Shown here: positions 25,227 to 32,248 of the stretch, piece after piece | Numbering within the stretch: the first letter of the stretch is position 1 | Layout: every line of letters starts with the position of its first letter | IMG/VR virus record: IMGVR_UViG_3300005340_000010 | Length of the DNA: 49,817 nt | DNA from: a virus | Strand: one strand, 5' to 3' | Position numbers and translations under genes: made by a program | The notes under the pieces: generated by a model | What the model saw: the letters and a program-made list of their open reading frames with translations, nothing else | Database searches by the model: none | What the model was told of the DNA's origin: nothing

Positions 25227-25255
25227 TTGACTTTCCCTCATCGCGGACCTACGTT
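25227..25255 (+). promoter_or_regulatory. Sigma70-like promoter TTGACT-17-TACGTT, 6 nt before ATG 25262
   Basis: ccTTGACTttccctcatcgcggaccTACGTTccttggATG. No SD. Confidence 0.5.
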
Positions 25256-25261
25256 CCTTGG

Positions 25262-25444
25262 ATGGCTATGCGTCGTGGTGATTCTCCCTTTCGATGCCGG
25301 TGCGAAGTTGCGTTGCGGGCCGCATCAACGCTCGCGGTTCGGGCTATTGATGAACTCTCGAAACTGGCGCCCGAGATGGCCGCGGAACTCCTGAAGGATG
25401 CGAACGAGCACGCGGCGCGCGCGAGGCTTCAATGCCGATGCTAA
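25262..25444 (+). CDS. Small hypothetical protein, 60 aa (leaderless start)
   Basis: ATG at +7 from the -10. The helical-looking middle region is AIDELSKLAPEMAAELLKDANEH. Confidence 0.35.
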   Translation: MAMRRGDSPFRCRCEVALRAASTLAVRAIDELSKLAPEMAAELLKDANEHAARARLQCRC

Positions 25445-25686
25445 TCGACTACGCTTTACTGCTGCTTTCACGGTTGCGCCTTCTGAAGATCACGAGCCGG
25501 TCAGCGCACGTTTATCCTCGCCATCTTAACCTCGGGCGAATCGCCGTCCGCCGCAAGCGTGGCGAGGAATTGGCGGCGATGATCCTGCGATTGGCGGCAA
25601 AGGCCGAGCCGTTCGATCGTGAGCTGTCCACGGCTGAAATCGCGCTGCTCTACGATCGCCTAGAGCCGAATCAACCGACGCAATGA
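25432..25686 (+). CDS. Small hypothetical protein, 84 aa
   Basis: Overlaps the previous ORF by 13 nt. The C-terminal half (EELAAMILRLAAKAEPFDRELSTAEIALLYDRLE) looks protein-like. Confidence 0.4.
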   Translation: MPMLIDYALLLLSRLRLLKITSRSAHVYPRHLNLGRIAVRRKRGEELAAMILRLAAKAEPFDRELSTAEIALLYDRLEPNQPTQ

Positions 25687-25783
25687 GCGCCTATATACCG
25701 AGCACTCCCCTGAGAGCTGAACGGCGACTTATCCGCCATCTTCCTGAACCCTACCCTTCAATCGCACAGAGGATGATGCAGCA

Positions 25784-25981
25784 ATGAAGCGCCGAACGAA
25801 AGCCGACACCGCCCCGAGCGAACTGGAGATTGTCGTAGGCTACGTCACGCCGTTCGTTGTTCAGGACCGCAATCGCGTTCCGGTGCATGCGTTCGGAACT
25901 CTCCGTGAGGCTCGTGCGCACTTTCCAAGCGCCAAGGTCAGCGACGGGGTGGAACGGAAGGCGCGGGAGTTGGGGGAGTGA
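25784..25981 (+). CDS. Small hypothetical protein, 65 aa
   Basis: GAGGA 9 nt upstream of the ATG. Its 3' end overlaps the convergent lipoprotein gene by 44 nt. Confidence 0.45.
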   Translation: MKRRTKADTAPSELEIVVGYVTPFVVQDRNRVPVHAFGTLREARAHFPSAKVSDGVERKARELGE

Positions 25982-26210
25982 CGCCAACCTTCGCTGGCGG
26001 CTTGAAGCACATCGGCTCCGGCGGATGGTTCTGCCATCCGTTGCGCTTGAATGCCGGACAGAGGCTCTCTTTTGGCGTCCAATTGGACGGCGCTCGACCG
26101 GTCGCAAGGTAGGAGTCTCGGTTGACGCGCTCGATGATGCGCTCGCGAACTGATGCGCACGATGTCAGCGCGATGAGGGCGATGGTGAAGAGGATGCGGG
26201 TGGGGGTCAT
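25938..26210 (-). CDS. Lipoprotein, 90 aa (last gene of the early-left operon)
   Basis: MTPTRILFTIALIALTSC has a signal peptide with lipobox LTSC. ATGA overlap with the upstream gene. Confidence 0.65.
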   Translation of the reverse strand: MTPTRILFTIALIALTSCASVRERIIERVNRDSYLATGRAPSNWTPKESLCPAFKRNGWQNHPPEPMCFKPPAKVGVTPPTPAPSVPPRR

Positions 26211-26413
26211 GTCGTTGGCTCCTTCGGGGTGTCGGTCGATTGGTATGCGACTCCGTAATCACGACCGGTCATTTCACGGATGGTATCCATGCGCTCAGCA
26301 AGGCATGTCGGACAAACGGGGCGCCTCGGCTCGCCGGGATCCTTTCCGCGAATGCTCACCATGACCCCACCGCAGATGCCACAACTCGAAGCGTCTTTCT
26401 GATCTAACGCCAT
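26207..26413 (-). CDS. Zinc-ribbon small protein, 68 aa
   Basis: AAGGAGaacgtaATG at 26413. CGICGG...CPTC pairs. Confidence 0.6.
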   Translation of the reverse strand: MALDQKDASSCGICGGVMVSIRGKDPGEPRRPVCPTCLAERMDTIREMTGRDYGVAYQSTDTPKEPTT

Positions 26414-26423
26414 TACGTTCTCC

Positions 26424-26642
26424 TTATCCTTCCGCGCACGTGCAGCCGGGCTCACAGCCGGTCTTCGGATCACGACCCTCCGGCGTAAGAAGCCTCACGC
26501 AGTCTTCGTGAGCACGACGACCGTACCCGCCGTCGTAATACGTTTGGCCGAGCAGGATGTCTTTGTTGCACAACGCGCACTCATGCATCGAGCAGCACGT
26601 GCGCACCTTGTAACTCCGCCACGGTCTACCCTTCGCCATCAC
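26424..26642 (-). CDS. Cys-rich small protein, 72 aa
   Basis: Nine Cys residues (CC..HECALC...C...C..GC.C). Coupled to the upstream ORF. Confidence 0.55.
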   Translation of the reverse strand: MMAKGRPWRSYKVRTCCSMHECALCNKDILLGQTYYDGGYGRRAHEDCVRLLTPEGRDPKTGCEPGCTCAEG

Positions 26643-26893
26643 TTCGCCCCACCATGCGACAGCGCCCGAGCGCTAGTGTCGGAGTCGTTCCATCCGCCAA
26701 TCCTGTCGTCCTGCACCCCGAAACAGGTTCGCTCGTTCTTCCACGCTCGCAACTCGCGGATGACGCGGATAGCAGTATCGACGGCACCTTCGTTTTGCGA
26801 CGGCTCGCCGGGGACTTCTTCCATGATGAAGGCGGCCAGCCGATCAATCTGCGACTTCAGAGATTCTACTTGCGAAACAAGTAGTGGCAACAT
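26639..26893 (-). CDS. Hypothetical protein, 84 aa
   Basis: ATG 26893 forms a TGATG overlap with the lipoprotein gene's stop. The N-terminus is coiled-coil-like. Confidence 0.55.
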   Translation of the reverse strand: MLPLLVSQVESLKSQIDRLAAFIMEEVPGEPSQNEGAVDTAIRVIRELRAWKNERTCFGVQDDRIGGWNDSDTSARALSHGGAK

Positions 26894-27261
26894 CAGTGCA
26901 CCGCCTGCCCGAGCAATCCGAGTTGCCCGAGCATCCATCCGAAGAATGAGCACTTCTCCGCGACGGTCGGCTTGATCTTCAGCGCTTCGTGTTTCGCGTC
27001 GGCCAGTGCGAGCGACGAAAAGATGCCGGTCACCTGCACCTTGTCGAGATCTTCGAGCGGCGGGAGTTGGTCGGTCAGCACGGCGTCGGCGCAGTCGATG
27101 AGTTTCTGATTCTTCGACGCGACGCCGACTTCCTTCACGCTGACGATGTCAGTCTTGACCTTGCTGACGACTTGCGCGTGAATGGCGTTGATCTGATTGG
27201 TGACGGTTCCGCAGGCGGTCAGGCAGAGGGTGAGGATTGCGAGAGTGAGTGTGCGTTTCAT
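26893..27261 (-). CDS. Lipoprotein, 122 aa
   Basis: AAGGAGcacccacATG start. MKRTLTLAILTLCLTAC has lipobox LTAC. Confidence 0.7.
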   Translation of the reverse strand: MKRTLTLAILTLCLTACGTVTNQINAIHAQVVSKVKTDIVSVKEVGVASKNQKLIDCADAVLTDQLPPLEDLDKVQVTGIFSSLALADAKHEALKIKPTVAEKCSFFGWMLGQLGLLGQAVH

Positions 27262-27278
27262 GTGGGTGCTCCTTTCCG

Positions 27279-27470
27279 TTAAAAGACTAATTCGCCGAGT
27301 TCTTCGGCGATCGTTACACGAGGGCCTTCAGTGAAGTTCGCCTCCGCACATTTCGATGCGTACGCAATCGCCTTTTCGGTGGCCTCGTTGATAGTCTTAG
27401 CTTTGCCGATGATGTCCCTGTGCCAGTTGGGATTGTCGTCCCCTTCGATTCGAATCTTGAATACCTTCAT
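27279..27470 (-). CDS. Hypothetical protein, 63 aa
   Basis: AAGGAGaaagcgATG start, 30 nt downstream of the tRNA-like element. Confidence 0.6.
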   Translation of the reverse strand: MKVFKIRIEGDDNPNWHRDIIGKAKTINEATEKAIAYASKCAEANFTEGPRVTIAEELGELVF

Positions 27471-27510
27471 CGCTTTCTCCTTTTCGTGTTCAACTTCTCA
27501 GTGCTCAGAT

Positions 27511-27583
27511 GCGAGCCGGAAGGAATCGAACCCTCGACTGACCCCGCGCGTTGGTCAATGCGCTCCAGCCGCATCGCAGCCCG
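27511..27583 (-). tRNA. tRNA-like cloverleaf (73 nt, nominal anticodon GCG) with a non-canonical core and anticodon loop, embedded in a 94-nt extended hairpin (27501..27594)
   Basis: Hand-folded. Acceptor CGGGCTG/CGGCTCG, D arm ATGC-GGCTGGAGC-GCAT, anticodon arm GACCA-ACGCGCG-GGGTC, variable AGTC, T arm GAGGG-TTCGATT-CCTTC, discriminator C. Deviant bases: C8, G14, C33, C37. No CCA is encoded. Confidence 0.45.
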
Positions 27584-27594
27584 CATCCGAGCAC

Positions 27595-27756
27595 TCAAAA
27601 GTCGATACTTCTGCCTACCCTCCATCCCATAATCGCACACAGCCCGCACGCCACACTCGCAGGAACGATCGGCAGCGGATGGCCGGATAGCTCCGACGAG
27701 GCGCAGGTCAGGAGCGCGAGCAGGAATACGATGAAGCCGAGAGTGTGGCGGGTCAT
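27595..27756 (-). CDS. Small lipoprotein-like membrane protein, 53 aa
   Basis: ATGA overlap with the upstream stop. MTRHTLGFIVFLLALLTC has a lipobox-like LLTC. A second hydrophobic stretch follows. Below the ORF-track size cut-off. Confidence 0.5.
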   Translation of the reverse strand: MTRHTLGFIVFLLALLTCASSELSGHPLPIVPASVACGLCAIMGWRVGRSIDF

Positions 27757-27938
27757 GGCTTGTGCTCTTCCGAACCGTACCGAATGTTCAGCACAGCCTC
27801 AACCCAGGTTGCGTGACCGGTAGCATCGTGGTGTCTCGCGGCTACGGCCTGAGCGTTAGGAGCCAGCCAATGCGCTTCAATACCGAAGCACTGAAAGCAG
27901 CCCGCTCGCACGTCCCGTGACGTGTAGGTGCGTCGCAT
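27753..27938 (-). CDS. Small Cys/His protein, 61 aa
   Basis: TGATG overlap with the RHH gene. CFQCFG...HHDATGH motif. Confidence 0.5.
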   Translation of the reverse strand: MRRTYTSRDVRAGCFQCFGIEAHWLAPNAQAVAARHHDATGHATWVEAVLNIRYGSEEHKP

Positions 27939-28258
27939 CACTTCCGCCCCCTTCCTCGCCGCGCAACGGGCTTCTTCGCCGTTCGAATCGGCGGCGGAAT
28001 GGTCCACTTCGGAGCATCGGCATACACACGCTCGCATGTCATCTGATGCATCCGCGTCCAAGTCATTGCGCCGCAGTGGTCGCACTTCCTATCCTCGGCG
28101 GCATCAAGCCCCGGCATCGGCGAATTCACGTAGGTTTGGAGCGCCCGCACCACCACGTAATTGAGGCTCAGCTTCGGTGCGGTCTGCTCCGCCTCCCGTT
28201 TGAGGGCGGCGTGAACGGAGGCGGGGATGCGGAAGGAGACGGTGACGGTTGGAGTCAA
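27938..28258 (-). CDS. Ribbon-helix-helix (Arc/CopG-like) DNA-binding protein with a C-terminal Cys/His cluster, 106 aa
   Basis: GGAGGctgcgTTG start, with a TTGA overlap with the upstream stop. VSFRIPASVHAALKREAEQTAPKLSLNYVVVRALQTYV fits a strand-helix-helix pattern. CDHCG...H...C lies in the tail. Confidence 0.55.
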   Translation of the reverse strand: MTPTVTVSFRIPASVHAALKREAEQTAPKLSLNYVVVRALQTYVNSPMPGLDAAEDRKCDHCGAMTWTRMHQMTCERVYADAPKWTIPPPIRTAKKPVARRGRGRK

Positions 28259-28464
28259 CGCAGCCTCCCCTTTGCGGCGCCGTTCCAGTGGCCTTTTTCC
28301 TTCGCGTGCGCGGCCAGCTTCTTGACGAGATATAGAACTTCTGGCAGATCGCGCCACTCCAATTCCAAACTGAAGCCTTCACCGTAATCGCCATAGATCG
28401 AGAAAGACTCACGGCGGGCTTCCGCGTGAATACCCTTCCCGTGATCATCCAAGATTAATCCCAT
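28255..28464 (-). CDS. Hypothetical protein, 69 aa (leaderless start)
   Basis: ATG 28464 lies 7 nt after a -10 element and has no SD. Confidence 0.55.
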   Translation of the reverse strand: MGLILDDHGKGIHAEARRESFSIYGDYGEGFSLELEWRDLPEVLYLVKKLAAHAKEKGHWNGAAKGRLR

Positions 28465-28470
28465 GCGTGC

Positions 28471-28499
28471 ATCCTATCACCATTTGCAGCGACTTGCAA
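28471..28499 (-). promoter_or_regulatory. Internal sigma70-like promoter TTGCAA-17-TAGGAT, 6 nt before ATG 28464
   Basis: The minus strand reads TTGCAAgtcgctgcaaatggtgaTAGGATgcacgcATG. It starts 1 nt after the stop of 28500..29600. Confidence 0.5.
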
Positions 28500-29600
28500 T
28501 CACTTCGACCGCACCGCCCTCTTCCGCACCGGCAGCGCCTTCTTCGGCGGATCGGCCGGCCTGTTGATCTCCGCGATTGCTGCGGCGAACGCCCGACCGC
28601 CATCGCTCACGACCGGCTCGGCGAGGTAGAACGAGCAGCACGTCAGGCCGGTGCCAGAGATCGTTCCACGCTCGAAAAAGTAATCGGGGCAGCCAAGCAT
28701 GAACCGCGTGCAGTCGCGGAACTCGCGTCCAACGCGGCGCAGCAGATCGACCAGCGCCATCGTCTCTTCGGGAGCGGGGCGGAGGCGAGCGAGGGCGCCG
28801 ACGATAGCAGCCTCGGAATCCGATTCTCCTCGCGCGCGCGCCGACGCCGCAGCGAAAACGGCACGCTTAATCGCCGATGGAAACTGCTGATGGTCAATCT
28901 CGCTGATCCCCATCGGCCGCGATGTCCGCACGTCAAGGAATCCGGGATCGTCAGGCTCGCCGCGGAGTCGCGCGTAGTGGCCGCCGCCGACGTCACCGTA
29001 ATTGTGAATCCATTCCTCATCGCAGATAGGGCCGAGCGGATGCAATTCTGCGCCAGCGTTCGAGAACATGTGGTCAATAAGATCCGTGTACCTTTTCTGG
29101 ATCGTCGCGCTATCGCTGTCGCACCCACCAATCCACGCATCCGGTATAGCCCGCCGAATCCCGCGCACGAACGCAAGACACATTGGCATGTAAACGTCGC
29201 GCATGTAGTCGCGCGTCGCAGTCGGCCCGTCGTCGCCCTCGTACGCCTGCGCCTTCGGCCCCGGCTCGTTTTCGAACGACCACGACTTGACCATGCGGCC
29301 GAATTCTTTGGCGAGTTCGAACGCGGCTCGTTCATGGAATACCGGAGCGTACGACTGAGGCCCCGCGCCGACGCAGTAGTTCGCGTTGATGTTCATTCCG
29401 GCTTCGAAGGCAGGCTCGATCCACGCGCGGAACAAGCTCCTGTCCCACTTGTCCGGCAGCGGCGCGGCAATCGAGAGGTCGAACTGCAACCGCAGCCCGT
29501 CAACCCCAAGTGCGCGCAACGCCCGGTACGACGCGACAGTGGGGAACGGCTGCGGTGATGCGCCTTGCGGGTAGGGGACTTGGCACAGGCCTACAATCAC
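28500..29600 (-). CDS. Clan GH-A (GH5-like) TIM-barrel glycoside hydrolase, 366 aa, no signal peptide
   Basis: SWSFENEPG (Asn-Glu acid/base, E112), IHNYGD (H-x-Y) and PMGISEID (nucleophile candidate E234, 122 residues later) match the 4/7 superfamily layout. Confidence 0.55.
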   Translation of the reverse strand: MIVGLCQVPYPQGASPQPFPTVASYRALRALGVDGLRLQFDLSIAAPLPDKWDRSLFRAWIEPAFEAGMNINANYCVGAGPQSYAPVFHERAAFELAKEFGRMVKSWSFENEPGPKAQAYEGDDGPTATRDYMRDVYMPMCLAFVRGIRRAIPDAWIGGCDSDSATIQKRYTDLIDHMFSNAGAELHPLGPICDEEWIHNYGDVGGGHYARLRGEPDDPGFLDVRTSRPMGISEIDHQQFPSAIKRAVFAAASARARGESDSEAAIVGALARLRPAPEETMALVDLLRRVGREFRDCTRFMLGCPDYFFERGTISGTGLTCCSFYLAEPVVSDGGRAFAAAIAEINRPADPPKKALPVRKRAVRSK

Positions 29601-29779
29601 GGCTGCGCCTCCAGTTCTTCACTGGGCGCCATGCACACTACGCAGACACAATCGCGAACCGCAGAGCCGTCCCATCCGGCTCGATCAGAAGCGATCACTT
29701 CTCCACGAAAATTAAGTCTGCCTTCTACTGTCAGCCCGCAACCAATACATTTAAACCGCTGCCTTCCGTTCATGTGCAT
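29597..29779 (-). CDS. Zinc-ribbon small protein, 60 aa
   Basis: CIGCG...CVCVVC. ATGA overlap with the downstream gene. Confidence 0.55.
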   Translation of the reverse strand: MHMNGRQRFKCIGCGLTVEGRLNFRGEVIASDRAGWDGSAVRDCVCVVCMAPSEELEAQP

Positions 29780-30072
29780 GCCTCGTCAATCTGATCGTGG
29801 TACTTTCGATATTCGCCTACGAATTCCGGTTCAATGACATCAACTCGCAGCGGTTGTAGCGGTTGCTTGAATGCCATAACGCTGACGTAGATACCGCACC
29901 CGAACAGCAGGCGAATTCGATCGCGCCATGTCAACGAAAATAGAAAGGTGAGCGTGCCCGCTTCGTCGCCGATTGAAATCCCTTCAAGTTGACGGTACTC
30001 AACGCCGCCGTACGACCAGCGACGATAGTTGGGCCAGTCGTGGATACGTTTTGCCGCAAGTGGCTCACTCAC
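29770..30072 (-). CDS. Hypothetical protein, 100 aa
   Basis: Coupled ORF in the early-left operon. Confidence 0.55.
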   Translation of the reverse strand: MSEPLAAKRIHDWPNYRRWSYGGVEYRQLEGISIGDEAGTLTFLFSLTWRDRIRLLFGCGIYVSVMAFKQPLQPLRVDVIEPEFVGEYRKYHDQIDEACT

Positions 30073-31556
30073 TTTCCACCTCCCGCTTTCGCGAGGGCTA
30101 CGCGGAGTTCTTCCATGCGTACATAAACGACATCAGAATCCTCAGACTCGTTGAACTCTTTAAGCGCCCGCTTCGCTACCTCCACGACGGTGCGCAAGGC
30201 ATCAATCTCTGGCTGGCGGGCGTTCCACGCTTTCTGTGCAACGTGCGCAGCGTAGTCGCGACGATCGTGGTTACGGAATACCTCGCCATAGTTGATGCGC
30301 TCCCACTCTTCAAACGTCAACACCATCACATCTCCGTCCGGCTGTTGCGTGGGAATGGGGCGCACGTAATCCTCATCAAAATCACTGTGCATGGCTCGCC
30401 TCCACCAAATCGGCGGAGCGGAGGGCGGTACCTCTTTCACGCCGACTGTCGGATGGTCGAACGGTTTCCATACGGTGCCACAACCACCATCGCTCGGCTT
30501 ACAGAGATGCTTCCGATGCGTCCGCGTCGTTGCCCAGTTTCCGGTTTCGTCGTCTACGTCGATGTGCTGCAACCCGCACTTCAGGCAGTGCAACACCATC
30601 GGAACAGGCGCCGCCTCGCTCCTCTGCGCGTTCGCCGGTTCGGGAGGTGTGACGGGGCGCCTCTCGGCTAACCTTTCAGCATCAGACGTGACGGTGCCGC
30701 CGTCTGGGCCGCCGCTACCGTCATCGCGGCCATCTTTGTCCTCCGCTGCCGGTGCGTCGATCGCAGCGAGGGCTTCCCGCGCCGTTCTATGAGCGCAGAG
30801 GTCGTTCATGTCTGCGGGGCCGGGACATCTCCCGCCACCGAAGGACGGACCGCTTCCCGGCTGATCGTAGACGCAGAATCGGGCGCCGATCTTCTGCAAC
30901 CCATTCCGCGCCGTTTCGAGTTGGCGGGTCAGGGTGGCGTTCTGATTGCCCAAAGTGTAGACGTGAGCGCGAAGCCCCTCAATTTCCGCATCGCGCGTCT
31001 TACGCCCATCACAAACGCAAGTCTTGCGATCCGGCTGAGCGAAGCATGTAGAGCACGTCCGCTCAATCGCTAGCACACGTTCCGCCTCATTCGCATGCTG
31101 TTCGGCCTCGTCGAGGGTGGCGAGGAGAGGCGCAAAACGTCGGATTAATTTGCATTCGTTTGAGGCTTTCAACCCGCGACCGTGTTCACGCCAGTGCGAG
31201 GCCGGGGTATGGCCTTCATACGTATGCGCGGCCAGCAACTCAACCGCCTCCTTCACCGCATCCGCTCGAAACGCATCGGGGGCGGGCGGTTCGGTCGCGG
31301 CGCGATAAGGGTGGCACGTCGGCGTGTGATCGCACGGTCCGCAGCCCACCCCGAACAACTGATGCGGACGAGCGTCGCAATCCAAGCCGCAGTCAGCACA
31401 CGGCACACCCGTATCATCCATCGCCATCGCCTGCGCAATCGCCGCAGGACACGCCTCGTCAGCATGCGCCGTGAGCCATCGCGCGAATTCGGGCTGACCG
31501 TTCGCTTCGGCCTGTGATCGGGCGGCGTGGATTTGATCGAGCAGGGATTCAGGCAT
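30069..31556 (-). CDS. Multi-zinc-ribbon protein with a coiled-coil segment, 495 aa
   Basis: ATG 31556 was chosen (8-nt overlap with the upstream stop). Several C-x2-C / C-x-C clusters, an acidic Gly-rich linker, and HCLKCG...HLC...GGCG in the C-terminal half. Confidence 0.6.
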   Translation of the reverse strand: MPESLLDQIHAARSQAEANGQPEFARWLTAHADEACPAAIAQAMAMDDTGVPCADCGLDCDARPHQLFGVGCGPCDHTPTCHPYRAATEPPAPDAFRADAVKEAVELLAAHTYEGHTPASHWREHGRGLKASNECKLIRRFAPLLATLDEAEQHANEAERVLAIERTCSTCFAQPDRKTCVCDGRKTRDAEIEGLRAHVYTLGNQNATLTRQLETARNGLQKIGARFCVYDQPGSGPSFGGGRCPGPADMNDLCAHRTAREALAAIDAPAAEDKDGRDDGSGGPDGGTVTSDAERLAERRPVTPPEPANAQRSEAAPVPMVLHCLKCGLQHIDVDDETGNWATTRTHRKHLCKPSDGGCGTVWKPFDHPTVGVKEVPPSAPPIWWRRAMHSDFDEDYVRPIPTQQPDGDVMVLTFEEWERINYGEVFRNHDRRDYAAHVAQKAWNARQPEIDALRTVVEVAKRALKEFNESEDSDVVYVRMEELRVALAKAGGGK

Positions 31557-31851
31557 TATCGCCTCCCGTTTCAACAACGCGGTTCTGATCTGACTGCGCG
31601 AGTGCTTCGATGCCGAAGATTGCTTTGTTCGCAGCCGCGCGGGCGTCGTAAGCCATCTGACGCATCTGTTTGATAACGGCGCGTTCGCACTGAAGCTCGA
31701 TCCGCATCTCGGCGATCTCGGACTGCGCGGCGAGGATGTAAGCGCGGGCGGCCATCAGCGTGATCGTCGAGTCACGATGCGGTACGTAGTTGATTACGTC
31801 ATTCAACGCCGCGACCATCTCCTCGACACTGACCTTCGTTTCGTCGCTCAT
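31549..31851 (-). CDS. Hypothetical helical protein, 100 aa
   Basis: Coupled ORF (ATGA with the upstream gene). Confidence 0.6.
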   Translation of the reverse strand: MSDETKVSVEEMVAALNDVINYVPHRDSTITLMAARAYILAAQSEIAEMRIELQCERAVIKQMRQMAYDARAAANKAIFGIEALAQSDQNRVVETGGDNA

Positions 31852-32069
31852 TCAATCCTCCGACGATTCCACGCCGTGATCGGATTTTCGCCGCCGGGGC
31901 CTTCCGCGCCGCACCACATGCATCGAACTATCGGGTCGGCGCGCAGCACACCAGCGGGCGCCCTGCTCGCATGCCAGAACGGGCACGGAGCTAATTGAAT
32001 CTCAACGCTGCCCGGATAGCATTTCCAGCAGACGCCGTTAGGTCCATACACGTGTTTGTGGTCCGTCAT
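31848..32069 (-). CDS. Lar-family (restriction alleviation)-like protein, 73 aa
   Basis: LAPCPFWH...VRCMWCGAEGP...ENPITAWNRR follows the Lar pattern (PCPFCG...C..CGA...A.AWNRR). The first CxxC is degenerate. Confidence 0.55.
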   Translation of the reverse strand: MTDHKHVYGPNGVCWKCYPGSVEIQLAPCPFWHASRAPAGVLRADPIVRCMWCGAEGPGGENPITAWNRRRIE

Positions 32070-32248
32070 CCCTTCTCCGATCCGCGATGCGACGCGGCTT
32101 CAAACGAATGTGACCGGATCGGGCCTGCGCACCTACGGCATTCAGCACCTCGCCCCGTTGCGCCACTGATCGAAACATATTGGCCGTGATGCCATATGCG
32201 CAGATGCCCGCATATCCTGCAATGATCCACTGTCATATCCGCCTTCAC
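32066..32248 (-). CDS. Zinc-ribbon small protein, 60 aa
   Basis: CRICGH...CRRC. Coupled on both sides. Confidence 0.55.
   Translation of the reverse strand: MKADMTVDHCRICGHLRIWHHGQYVSISGATGRGAECRRCAGPIRSHSFEAASHRGSEKG

Noticed and set aside
24478-25241. ORFs inside the ORF-poor island: 24478..24735 (+, 85 aa), 24732..25241 (-, 169 aa), 24797..25189 (-, 130 aa) and 25058..25261 (the 5' part of a tracked ORF).
   Set aside because: They overlap one another in different frames and are Arg/Gly/Ser/Cys-rich, without an SD or coupling. The 85-aa ORF is kept only as a remote alternative, because a promoter-like element precedes it.
27501-27594. Treating the tRNA-like element as an attP site or tRNA-gene fragment left by integration, or as a tmRNA tRNA-like domain.
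   Set aside because: No integrase or recombinase is recognisable in the complete genome. The element is a full cloverleaf rather than a 3' tRNA fragment. No tag-reading-frame or pseudoknot context suggesting tmRNA was seen.
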